Part shown: one piece after another, positions 48,665-57,931 of the stretch
Layout of the letters: each line of letters opens with the position of its first letter
Numbering within the stretch: the stretch's first letter is position 1
Assembly: GCA_051252135.1 (NCBI GenBank)
Contig: JBPOGH010000008.1
Span: forward strand, 64,001 to 128,000
Direction: 5' to 3'
From: Verrucomicrobiaceae bacterium
GTDB lineage: Bacteria > Verrucomicrobiota > Verrucomicrobiia > Verrucomicrobiales > Akkermansiaceae
DNA length: 64,000 nucleotides
Program-made: the position numbers and the translations under genes
The notes under the pieces: generated by a model
Told to the model about the DNA's origin: nothing
The model's input: only the letters and a program-made list of their open reading frames with translations
The model's database searches: none

Positions 48665-49180
48665 TCAGCGATTCCTGCGGCGGCGCGACCAGAACCAAGG
48701 CGCAAATACTCCCAACATGGGCAGAACGCTACTCACTTCGGGAACTGACATATTCTGAACCCGCACCTGGTTTTCCACATAGACCACACTATACCCCACC
48801 GGAAGACCTGTCACCGAGGCAAACTGCCCCATCGGGCCTCCGCCTGCCGAATCAAAACCGTTACTGCCTCCGGTTACCCCATAAGCAATCGTATAACTCG
48901 ATAACAGTGGGGTGCTTTCGATATTCAAGGTCAGCGTGCTCCCCGTCAGAGTCATCGTCTGATTCTGATGATAGTCACTTCCGGACGCACCCAGATCAAT
49001 CAGCCACGTCAAATTTCCTGGGGTGTTGCCATCACTGATCTGGTTGGCGATCACATTGATCCCTCCCGGATCAATATCATAGGACCCACCTCCACCTAAG
49101 CCGCCTCCGCCTTTTTGGGCAAATCCCTGACACATCGATAGAGCCAGAAGGAGGGTCGTAGCGTAGAGCCTGGTGATCAT
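48665..49180 (-). CDS. Exosortase target with variant sorting signal (short form)
   Basis: Signal ..GFA|QKGGGGLGGGG; tail VPEVSSVLPMLGVFAPWFWSRRRRNR. Confidence 0.87.
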   Translation of the reverse strand: MITRLYATTLLLALSMCQGFAQKGGGGLGGGGSYDIDPGGINVIANQISDGNTPGNLTWLIDLGASGSDYHQNQTMTLTGSTLTLNIESTPLLSSYTIAYGVTGGSNGFDSAGGGPMGQFASVTGLPVGYSVVYVENQVRVQNMSVPEVSSVLPMLGVFAPWFWSRRRRNR

Positions 49181-49209
49181 GATTGCCTTAGGTAAGTAAG
49201 TTCAGCAAA

Positions 49210-49235
49210 ACTTTATTAAGATATCTTAATAAAGT
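49210..49235. promoter_or_regulatory. Perfect 26-bp AT-rich palindrome
   Basis: ACTTTATTAAGATATCTTAATAAAGT, 30 nt upstream of the 49180 start. Confidence 0.65.
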
Positions 49236-49247
49236 CCAGCTCTCTTT

Positions 49248-49883
49248 TTACGAGCGCTTGCGCCGTAAAATGGTAACCGAGCCGAGTGCCATAAGAAGGA
49301 GACTCGATGGCTCGGGCACGGACGCGGCCTCCCAAGCATCAACCGCCTGTCCAAGCGTGATCGCAGTCGAGGTCGAGGTCGAAGTCGGGTCATAGACAAA
49401 AGCCTTCATGATCGGCTCATGCAGATCCGGATCTCCACCGGCGCGAAGCCCGAATCCCAACCAGCCATAGTGATCCTCGGTATCTTTAAACGCCACCCAG
49501 TTGTCCGTCCCAAAAACGTAGCCGTTCACCGCAATCGTATCCCCAAGGGGTGAATACCATGCAGTCAGATAGTCATCATCCGTCGGAAACGCCACATTGT
49601 CCCCGGATTGAAACCCCTCACCGGAATTCTCAAAGTTGAACCCGCCCGTCGACGTATCCCCGAAAAAGGTCGCTCCGGATGCCCCCGTCGTGCTGAGACC
49701 CGCAAAATCAGGGTCCAAATCATCAATTTTGAAATCCGTATTCCCGTCTCCACCAATATCCAGACTAAGCCCCGGGGTGGTATCAAAGGCGGTGAGGTCG
49801 TCGACCGTGATTTGCGCTTGCACAAACCCGGTCGCAAATAGCGACACTGGCACTAGAAGAATCCGGGGGGATACACTTTTCAT
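49248..49883 (-). CDS. PEP-CTERM protein (canonical)
   Basis: Signal peptide; VPEPSSLLLMALGSVTILRRKRS. Confidence 0.93.
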   Translation of the reverse strand: MKSVSPRILLVPVSLFATGFVQAQITVDDLTAFDTTPGLSLDIGGDGNTDFKIDDLDPDFAGLSTTGASGATFFGDTSTGGFNFENSGEGFQSGDNVAFPTDDDYLTAWYSPLGDTIAVNGYVFGTDNWVAFKDTEDHYGWLGFGLRAGGDPDLHEPIMKAFVYDPTSTSTSTAITLGQAVDAWEAASVPEPSSLLLMALGSVTILRRKRS

Positions 49884-50332
49884 ACTAAAACTCGGTAAGG
49901 GTGGGTTGGGGGAAAGGGGGATGAAGCACTGCTGTGAACAACTTCGGAGGAGATGATAACAAGTTTTACGAAATAGTCACGAAATATTAAATACTTTTTG
50001 CAGGATGTTTAAAACCCCTCTCTTCTCCGTTCATCCGGCCTTCCTCTTCCCTGTTCCACTCATCTCTGCTCACGCCCCAAAGGTCCCGCTCTGACCAATA
50101 AGGCGAAACTTCTTTACTCTGATCCTTTGTATCTCATCCTGATAGGAGTCCTTTCGTCTTTCCGGCCCTCTTTTTTCCCCACGTGCCGTCCACGATTCTA
50201 CTTAGGTCCTGACTGGTGATAAACATCCAGCCCGCGATGCCTTTTCAAAATCGGCTCCGCACCTGAAAGGGGAATTTCTTTGTCTCGACGTGGTGTCCAA
50301 GCAACGGGCCTCCCCCTTGCTCCACCTGTCGC

Positions 50333-53300
50333 ATGAAACAATTCCTCTTCCTCACTCCGCTCGTCTCTCTCTTCTTCCCCACCCAACTCAATGCCGTCGT
50401 TATCGTCGCGGAAGAAACCCAGTTCACCGCCCCCTCCGCGCAGCCCCTCTTCCCCGCCGGAAATCTCAATGTCTTCAAACAGTTCGTCCTCGGCTTCGAG
50501 GTCCATGAGGAAATCGGCGAAAAAGTCGAAGTCGATCTTATCGTCACCACCCTCGAATTCGGCGGCGAAGTAGAAGTAGGCATCGGCGCCCACTTCGGCC
50601 TCGAGTTTGGCCTCTGCCTCGGTGGCAATGCCGACTACGACCTCACCTTCGCTCCCCGCATCACTCTCCCCGATGTCTACCCCACCGAAGTCCCCGTCCC
50701 CATCACCGTCGCGGAAGGGTTAATTGGCGGCTCCCACTTCGAGACCAACTTCCCCTCCCTCGGCACCATGTATGCCGATCTCATCCTCGACCTCAGCGCC
50801 CAGCTCCGCGCCGAGGCCTGCGTCTTTGGCTGCTTCACTCCCATCGATATCGACCTCTCCTCCTGCGATCTCCCTCTTTTCAACTTATCGGATCGTTGTG
50901 ACCCCACTGTGAAGGAGCGCGCCTACTGCGCCATCGAGCTCGCCTCCTTCAACCGCGGCGACAGTAACCAAGCCAAAATGCTCAATGTCGGCGCAAAAGA
51001 CATTGCCGCGTTCCTCGCCAAGCCCCACCTCAAATTCGACCTCATCCCCGACATCCCCCTCGGCGGCACCTACGGCACCGTCTCGCTCGCCGCTCCCACC
51101 ATCGACACCAACTCGCTAGACTCTCCCTTCAACACCTCCCAGGTTCTCAAAAGCAGCGGCGCCGAAGACGTCCTCGGCGTCGGGATCGATCTCGCCGCCC
51201 TCATCAAGGACGTTCTCCTCCCGCATCCTTTTCCTCCTCTTAAAAAGAACGGCAACATCGGACCCGTCGAGTGGAACTACGTCATCGCCGCCCTCGAAGT
51301 TGGCCCCGCCGTGCAACTCCAAATGGACTTCGAGGTCGATTGGGACCTCATGGTCACTGACATGAAGTTCACCGACTCCGTCACCGGCCAACCCAAGGAC
51401 GTCCTTCTCTTTACCGCCATCGGCGTGGACCACCCCATCAACGGAGCCCGCGTCACTAAGCTCAGTGACGTCCCCGGCTTCACCGTCGGAAACTACCAGC
51501 TTCTCAACTGCGGACCCCGCGCCATGCCCATGGTCTCCCTCGTCACCGATCCCTGGGCAGGGAGCAACGAAACCCGCCCACCGCAGGGCGGAGTCAATGT
51601 CGACATCACCTACTCCCTCGTCCCCCGCCTCATGACCGTCGTCTCCCTCCCCCTCGTCGGAAAGGTCGATTACGAAGTCCTCAGCGCCGGAGCCGAGATC
51701 AAACGCGTGGGCGACCTCAAAATTGGGCCCCTCGTCGAAGGTGCACACAAATTCAAGCTCGGCGAGTTCGAGGTCTACCGCAGCTCCCCCCAGACCATGC
51801 AAAGCGCCGGCGAGGGCCAGATCAACTTCACCATGCAAGCCGCCGGTCCTCCCAGCTTCGACTGGAACCCCGTCGACTTCACCGGAGACCCCTCCGGCAC
51901 TTATCAATGGACCACCCGCTCCGACACCCAAAAAAGCTACTGGAAAGAACTCGTCGGCATGACCCAGTCCTTCTTCCCAGGTGGGGGAGGACCCTCGAGC
52001 AGCACCATGATTCAAACGACCCCCTTCGCGAAGCTCAACGCCGACATCGAGATCAACTCCTTAAAAGTGACCTCCGGCAACGGCCTCGAAATCCAATCCG
52101 GCGCCGCAACCCCCGAACTTGAAATCAGCGGACTCATCGAAAACACCGGCTCCGTCTCAGTCGATGGCAACGCCTCCCTCCGGATGAACAACAACGACGT
52201 CGTCCTCTGCGGCAACGGTGCCCTCCGCCTCACCAACGGCGGCTCCCTCTTCGGAGCTCCCGGCATCGACGATAACTCCGACCCCTTCTCCTTCTGCAAC
52301 TACAACACCATCACCGGAGCCGGGACCGTGATCGGAGACTACCTCAAATTCCGAAACCGCACTAAGATTCACAACCTCGGCCAAATCACCGCCGACGGCT
52401 CCGCCGGAAATAACGGCAGCACCGGGGTCACCCTCAGCCTGACCTTCGACGCCTACCCGGAAGACACCTCCTGGACCATCACCACTTCCACTGGCAGCAC
52501 CGTCGCCAGCGGCGGCAACTACACCGATGCAGGATCAACCATCAATCAAACCGTCGCCCTCGCCGAAGGCACCTACTTCTTTAACATCGATGATGAGTTC
52601 GATGATGGCATCGAGGCCCCTGGAGGCTACACCATCACCAGCAGCTCCGGCGCCCTCCTCGCTTCCGGAGGTCAGTTCACGACCTCCGAAACAAAAACCT
52701 TCTCCATCATCTCCGGCAGCCACCTCACGACCGGTGCCGACAGCTTCGTCAACGAGGGCATCCTCGGCTCCAACTCCAATGGCCGCCTCATTGTCGATAG
52801 CGACGACCTCGAAAACCTCATCGGTAGCTCCACCCGAGCCGATGGCGGCCAGATCGATCTCCGCGCCCGCAACACCGTGCACATCGGCAGCATCGAGGCC
52901 ATCAACTCCGGCAAGGTCCTCATCAAACCCCTCTCCTCCAGCGCCTATTGGCGTGCCGGCCAATCCTTCCGCGAGGACTGCGGCGGACTCTCCGCCCGCC
53001 AGAATGGCATCATCGAAATCGAAAATACCGAAATGAACGGAGGCTGCTTCTACGCCTCCACCGGTGGAATTCTCACCACCTCGCTCAGCACCTTCAATGG
53101 CAGCGTCTTTGAAATCGGCTCTCCCGACGACGCCTCCCCGGAGATGGTCATCGAAGGCACCAAGCAAATCTTCACCCGCTCCTGCATGAACAACTTCGGC
53201 ACCCTCCGCGTTACAGGCAGTGCCGAATTCCGCGACTCCATGCTCTTCGCCAACCACGGCACCATCGTCATCCCTCAAGGAGGTCAACTCACCATTTTTG

Positions 53301-55450
53301 AAAACTTTTCCACCACCCCCGGTGCCTCCGATGAAGCCCTCCGCGAACCCGGCCTCGCCAATGCCACCCGCAGCACCCTCCTTGGTGGTAAATGGGACAT
53401 CGCCGGCCGGCTCAACATCGATGGAGCTGACTTCACCACCATCGGAGCAGACGTCGCCCCCGCCTCCACCACTTCCGGCTCCATCAACACCGAGCCTCTC
53501 GATGGTCTCCCCCCCGTTTCCGTCATCGTTCCCCAGGAAAGCTCCTCCCACATCCTCTCCGGTGGCGCTCCCGCCGAGATCACCCTGCGCGGAACCCATC
53601 TCGCCAAGTTTAGTGCCCTCAAGGACATCACCACCAACTGCGGCACCCTCCGTCTGGTCGAAGGCGCCAGATTCAGCCCCTCCGGCGACTTCACCAACAA
53701 CCGCGAACTCTACATCGGCCCTGGTTCCTCCTTCACCCCGAATGGCATCTTTATCCAAACCCGCCCCGGCGCCTCCACCACCCTCGCCGCCGGGGGAGGC
53801 CTCAACCCGGAAAACCAACAATATGACATCAGCGGAGGCACCGTCACCGGCACCACCTTCGGCATCGCCGGATCGGCAGATGTCCGCATCGCCTCTCCCA
53901 TCGTCGATACCAACGAAGAAGTCTACCGTTTGGAACGCGTCACCATTAATTCCCCAAGCCCCATCACCTCGATCGGCGCTAGTGCCAAAGTCCAAATCCA
54001 CGGCTGCGCAGTCGATTTCCCGGCCTTCAGCGACAACCTCGAAACAAACCTCGGCCACTTCATCATCTCCGGCGAAGGCAAGCAGAACCCCGGCAAGTTC
54101 TCTGCCCAAACCGGCTCCACCGAGGAGTTCATCAACCGTGGCCAGATGGAAATCACCGGCTACACCTCCAAGTTCGAAACCGAAAGATTCACCCAACTCG
54201 GCAACGCCTCCCTCATCCGCGTCGGCGCCGGTGCCCAACTCAATGTCGATCGCATCCTCAACATCGACGGCGGAGAAATCATCCTCGAGATCGGCTCCCG
54301 CCCCTTCCTCGAGGACTACGCCACCATCACCGGCCAACCCACTGAAGTTCACTTTGCCGACTCCATTGTCTTCGACTTCGTCGGCGAGCTTGCCGAGTCC
54401 ATCAAGACCGTCGACATCGGCGACACCTGGACCATTGTCGAACAATATAACCTCCTCGTCACCGGCATCGATCAAATCGAATTCCTCGTCAACGGCCTCG
54501 CCCCGGCAGCCGACTGGCTCCCCGCCAACTCCCACCTCGAACTTAGCCAGTTCGAAACTCCTTGGGGCCCCAGAGGCCTCCGTCTCCGCATCAAACCCGA
54601 CGCCGGCTTCCGCACCTACGACGTCTGGGCAGCCTCCCAGGGCATCGACCCCACCAGCTACCTCGCTGACGTCGCCTTGCCATTCGCCGCTCCCGGCAAC
54701 CACAATAGCAACAACCTCACCCAGTTCATCTACGGCAGTGGCAACCCCGCCCTCGCCGACCTTCAATTCGTCACCCTCGAGACCGATGGCAACCCGCAGG
54801 ACTTCGCCAAGTTCAGCTTCATGCGCCCCGCCGGAACTGACGTCACTTACAACCCCTACTACAGCCTCGACCTCAAATACTGGCGTCGCGCCGCCATGGA
54901 CCTCCTCCCCGGAGGCCTCCCCGTCGCCCCCGGCGAGCTGGAACGCGTCACCATGCAGACCACCTACCCCGCCCTCGACGGTCAGGTCTTCTACCGCATT
55001 CAACCCGAGATCAATCTCGAGAACTTTGACCACGGCGAAGTCCCCGAGGACGAGATCAACTGGACCGGAGGCCTCAGAGACTTCAACCAATCACTCATCG
55101 ATAACGGCAAGATCGTCAGCTACCTCGTCGAACCCGGAAAATCCCTCTACTTCAACGTCCAGACCATCGTCAACGAGAGTGGCTCCACCATCTGGGGCGG
55201 CACCGACGAGCAAGGAAACCGCAACTTCATCTACCGTGACCGCACCTCCCTCAAGCTCGCCGTCGGCCACTCCGGACTCGTCCGCGGAGGAAAACGCGCC
55301 CTCGTCAAAGTCACCTTCATCGAAACCCAGCAAACTCCCTTCATCGGCTCCACCCAAGACACCGGAAACAACAATCAAATCACCAGTAAAGACAGCCCGG
55401 TCGAGGCCGTCCCCTACAGCTACCGCGTAGAACTTATCAAAGAATACTAG
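50333..55450 (+). CDS. Large secreted mosaic protein (beta-helix-like core, C-terminal LCCL-like domain)
   Basis: 1705 aa; signal peptide; N-x-G-x-I repeats; C-terminal IWGG..IYRDRTSLKLAVGHSG..GG..VKV..FIGST..ITS resembles LCCL. Confidence 0.85.
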   Translation: MKQFLFLTPLVSLFFPTQLNAVVIVAEETQFTAPSAQPLFPAGNLNVFKQFVLGFEVHEEIGEKVEVDLIVTTLEFGGEVEVGIGAHFGLEFGLCLGGNADYDLTFAPRITLPDVYPTEVPVPITVAEGLIGGSHFETNFPSLGTMYADLILDLSAQLRAEACVFGCFTPIDIDLSSCDLPLFNLSDRCDPTVKERAYCAIELASFNRGDSNQAKMLNVGAKDIAAFLAKPHLKFDLIPDIPLGGTYGTVSLAAPTIDTNSLDSPFNTSQVLKSSGAEDVLGVGIDLAALIKDVLLPHPFPPLKKNGNIGPVEWNYVIAALEVGPAVQLQMDFEVDWDLMVTDMKFTDSVTGQPKDVLLFTAIGVDHPINGARVTKLSDVPGFTVGNYQLLNCGPRAMPMVSLVTDPWAGSNETRPPQGGVNVDITYSLVPRLMTVVSLPLVGKVDYEVLSAGAEIKRVGDLKIGPLVEGAHKFKLGEFEVYRSSPQTMQSAGEGQINFTMQAAGPPSFDWNPVDFTGDPSGTYQWTTRSDTQKSYWKELVGMTQSFFPGGGGPSSSTMIQTTPFAKLNADIEINSLKVTSGNGLEIQSGAATPELEISGLIENTGSVSVDGNASLRMNNNDVVLCGNGALRLTNGGSLFGAPGIDDNSDPFSFCNYNTITGAGTVIGDYLKFRNRTKIHNLGQITADGSAGNNGSTGVTLSLTFDAYPEDTSWTITTSTGSTVASGGNYTDAGSTINQTVALAEGTYFFNIDDEFDDGIEAPGGYTITSSSGALLASGGQFTTSETKTFSIISGSHLTTGADSFVNEGILGSNSNGRLIVDSDDLENLIGSSTRADGGQIDLRARNTVHIGSIEAINSGKVLIKPLSSSAYWRAGQSFREDCGGLSARQNGIIEIENTEMNGGCFYASTGGILTTSLSTFNGSVFEIGSPDDASPEMVIEGTKQIFTRSCMNNFGTLRVTGSAEFRDSMLFANHGTIVIPQGGQLTIFENFSTTPGASDEALREPGLANATRSTLLGGKWDIAGRLNIDGADFTTIGADVAPASTTSGSINTEPLDGLPPVSVIVPQESSSHILSGGAPAEITLRGTHLAKFSALKDITTNCGTLRLVEGARFSPSGDFTNNRELYIGPGSSFTPNGIFIQTRPGASTTLAAGGGLNPENQQYDISGGTVTGTTFGIAGSADVRIASPIVDTNEEVYRLERVTINSPSPITSIGASAKVQIHGCAVDFPAFSDNLETNLGHFIISGEGKQNPGKFSAQTGSTEEFINRGQMEITGYTSKFETERFTQLGNASLIRVGAGAQLNVDRILNIDGGEIILEIGSRPFLEDYATITGQPTEVHFADSIVFDFVGELAESIKTVDIGDTWTIVEQYNLLVTGIDQIEFLVNGLAPAADWLPANSHLELSQFETPWGPRGLRLRIKPDAGFRTYDVWAASQGIDPTSYLADVALPFAAPGNHNSNNLTQFIYGSGNPALADLQFVTLETDGNPQDFAKFSFMRPAGTDVTYNPYYSLDLKYWRRAAMDLLPGGLPVAPGELERVTMQTTYPALDGQVFYRIQPEINLENFDHGEVPEDEINWTGGLRDFNQSLIDNGKIVSYLVEPGKSLYFNVQTIVNESGSTIWGGTDEQGNRNFIYRDRTSLKLAVGHSGLVRGGKRALVKVTFIETQQTPFIGSTQDTGNNNQITSKDSPVEAVPYSYRVELIKEY

Positions 55451-55519
55451 GTCGTGTGGACAAATTGATTTGCGTTGCGATGAGAGCTCATTTTTCGACT
55501 GACAAGGCGGCGAGTGGTC

Positions 55520-57931
55520 CTATCCATTCTGGATCACGCCCACAAAATAACTCTGCCGCTTCTCCCGGCCCGGCCCGCCGGTCTCATTCTTAAAAATGCG
55601 CCGCACATTGAGCACCAGATAACACTTCTGCCCCGCCTCAATGTTGGGCACATCAATGTAAGTCTCGGTCACTTTCGTGGTCCCGTCACCCGTCGCCACC
55701 CCGGGCAAGTAAGTCTTGATCTTAATCTTGTCGTCTCGCCCCTCACCCGCCTTGTTATTGACCACGGTCAGCTGCGTCGTCACCCAAGCCCCCTTCCCTC
55801 CCGGACCGGCCGTGGGATCATAACAAACCATCAGCGGCTCAAGCACCGTCGAGTGCAGGTCCTCGTGCACCGATGACGCATGGAGCAACTCGTAGTTCAG
55901 CACCTGATTCTCCATTAGCTGAAACTTCGGCATCCCGTTCGCCGCATCCACCAAGGCACAAAGCGCTTCGTTAAACTTGCACTGCGCTTCTTCAAACTCT
56001 CCCGCCGTCAGCAGCGTCGACACCCCGCTGATCAACTCCATCACCGTATCCGCCACCCCCTTCACCGCCTTCAGCGTCCCATCCAGAAAACTCTTCCCGA
56101 AGTTGTCCGCCAGCATGACCTTGAAAAGACCCCACACTCCCTTCTTCCCCACCCAGGTAAACAACTTCGCCGCAATCGTCGCAAAAGGATGGCCCGTCTG
56201 TGACCTCGCCTGCTGAAACTTCTGACAAATCAACCGCTGCACTTCCACCAGCTGCTCCATGAAGTTCGCGTTGTTCTGATTCAGCGCACAAAGCTGCTCG
56301 TAATAACCCGCCAGATCATTGATGCACTGCCTCAAAATATCCTTCTCCTCATCCTCCCACGGATCGCTGTAATAAACCAACTGCCACCACGTCAGATACC
56401 GGATGTAAGCCACCGCATCCTTCATGATATTGCGCGCCTCATGCGGCGTCACATTCGCAAAATTCAACTGCCCGTTCGGTAAAATCGGCAACAGATTCTT
56501 GTCTCCCCCAAGAAACCCCCTCACCGCCCGATCAAAAGGCACCGCATGCGTCCCCACCGCGTAGTTCTCGGTGAAGGTGTAAATGAATTCCAGAATCCGC
56601 AAGTTCTGCGCATGCGCCGTCCGGTTGAATTCCTCATCCTTCTCCCGCAAGGTCCGCCCCGTCTGCTCGACCAATACAAAAAGGTCCGCCAGCGCATTCT
56701 CGGGACAATCCTCTCCCCTCGTCCCCGAAACTCCCCCCTTCCGGTCCGGCGCTCCATCACCGTCACCATCCACCAATATTTTCCGCCCGAACCTCTTCGG
56801 CTTGTCACCAATCGGCACCCGCCGAACAAAACACCCCGGACCCGCCTCAAACGCATCCTCCTCCTCACCCCAAGTCTCAAAATCCTCGGATAACTCCGAT
56901 GACTGCTTCGTATCAGGCCACCCGTACCACCAGAAAACAAAATCCCCCCCATCCTGCCCCGCTCCCCCTCCCGGGCCTCCACCCCCGGGCCCACCACCCC
57001 CGGGCCCACCACCTCCAGGATCGCCGCCCGCAGGTCCACCGCCACCAGGCCCAGCCGGAGGACCTCCCGGAGGTGGACCCGCCACCGACCCCACCCCAAA
57101 CCCCGGGCCAAATCCCTCCTCGGGCTCAAAGTAAATCAGCAACCCCGGCGCCCCCAACGACTCCTCATTCAACATCATCGCATCCGTCTTCTTAAAAACC
57201 CCTTCCTCATCACGCACCCCCCACAACCCGGTCGGAATAAACACCGGCGCTCCCACCCCCAACATGTCCGGATCCCGCAAATGGTTCGACTTCAGCACCG
57301 CGTTGTCCGCTCCCGTCGGAAGAAACGACCACCCCTCATTCACCGCCCCTCCGGCCCATCCCAGGACTTCCCCCGTCACATCAATCACCAGATTCGGACC
57401 GTAAATCATCACGTCCCGCACAGGCGTCGCATCCGCCCCCGACACCCCATCGCCCGCCGATCCAAAATTATCCCACGTCACCGTCTCCTCACTCCATGCC
57501 GCCGCATTCACCTGCATCTCGAGCTCATCTCCGATATCCACAAAGTCAAAAATAAGATACGCCCCCACAATCTTGTGCGCCGCCGGCACAGGCACATACT
57601 TCCCCGATAATATCTCTTCAAACTTCAACAGATACGACGCCGACATCCCGCTCCCCTCCGGCTCGTCCCCCCCCATCACCACCGCCGAAAACGGCCCCTC
57701 CACCCCGTCCGGTCCCCCCGTCCCGCCATCGAAATTCTCCCCCGCATCCGCCTCCCGAATCTCCGCATCCTGCCCGTCTTCATAAATGAGAGGAATCGCC
57801 CGCCCATTCACCCGCACCGGACTCCCCTGTTGAAAAAAGACACTGTAATCAGCCGTTAATTCGACCGGAAGCAGGAGAAGGATCCCGCTCAAGATGCCTC
57901 TCAGGACATCGGGATGGTTGTTCGCATTCAT
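55520..57931 (-). CDS. Secreted multidomain protein (DNRLRE-like N-domain, Gly/Pro linker, helical C-domain)
   Basis: 803 aa; DAEIRE..YLLKF..WSEETVTW..IDVT..W..NEGW; PGGGG repeats. Confidence 0.75.
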   Translation of the reverse strand: MNANNHPDVLRGILSGILLLLPVELTADYSVFFQQGSPVRVNGRAIPLIYEDGQDAEIREADAGENFDGGTGGPDGVEGPFSAVVMGGDEPEGSGMSASYLLKFEEILSGKYVPVPAAHKIVGAYLIFDFVDIGDELEMQVNAAAWSEETVTWDNFGSAGDGVSGADATPVRDVMIYGPNLVIDVTGEVLGWAGGAVNEGWSFLPTGADNAVLKSNHLRDPDMLGVGAPVFIPTGLWGVRDEEGVFKKTDAMMLNEESLGAPGLLIYFEPEEGFGPGFGVGSVAGPPPGGPPAGPGGGGPAGGDPGGGGPGGGGPGGGGPGGGAGQDGGDFVFWWYGWPDTKQSSELSEDFETWGEEEDAFEAGPGCFVRRVPIGDKPKRFGRKILVDGDGDGAPDRKGGVSGTRGEDCPENALADLFVLVEQTGRTLREKDEEFNRTAHAQNLRILEFIYTFTENYAVGTHAVPFDRAVRGFLGGDKNLLPILPNGQLNFANVTPHEARNIMKDAVAYIRYLTWWQLVYYSDPWEDEEKDILRQCINDLAGYYEQLCALNQNNANFMEQLVEVQRLICQKFQQARSQTGHPFATIAAKLFTWVGKKGVWGLFKVMLADNFGKSFLDGTLKAVKGVADTVMELISGVSTLLTAGEFEEAQCKFNEALCALVDAANGMPKFQLMENQVLNYELLHASSVHEDLHSTVLEPLMVCYDPTAGPGGKGAWVTTQLTVVNNKAGEGRDDKIKIKTYLPGVATGDGTTKVTETYIDVPNIEAGQKCYLVLNVRRIFKNETGGPGREKRQSYFVGVIQNG
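56970..57014 (-). repeat. 15-bp coding tandem repeat (GGGPG units)
   Basis: Three near-identical ccgggcccaccaccc units. Confidence 0.75.

Noticed and set aside
49884..50332. Long divergent intergenic region as a riboswitch or ncRNA
   Set aside because: Only short hairpins were seen and no recognisable aptamer consensus; an Rfam/Infernal scan would be needed.
52535..55430. Very long alternative ORFs (851 aa minus, 736 aa plus)
   Set aside because: Shadows of the 1705-aa gene. The biased Gly/Val/Asp or Pro/Ser/Thr composition follows from C-ending codons that suppress stops.
56960..57120. Collagen-like repeat
   Set aside because: The period is 5 residues (PGGGG), not Gly-X-Y; treated as a flexible linker.
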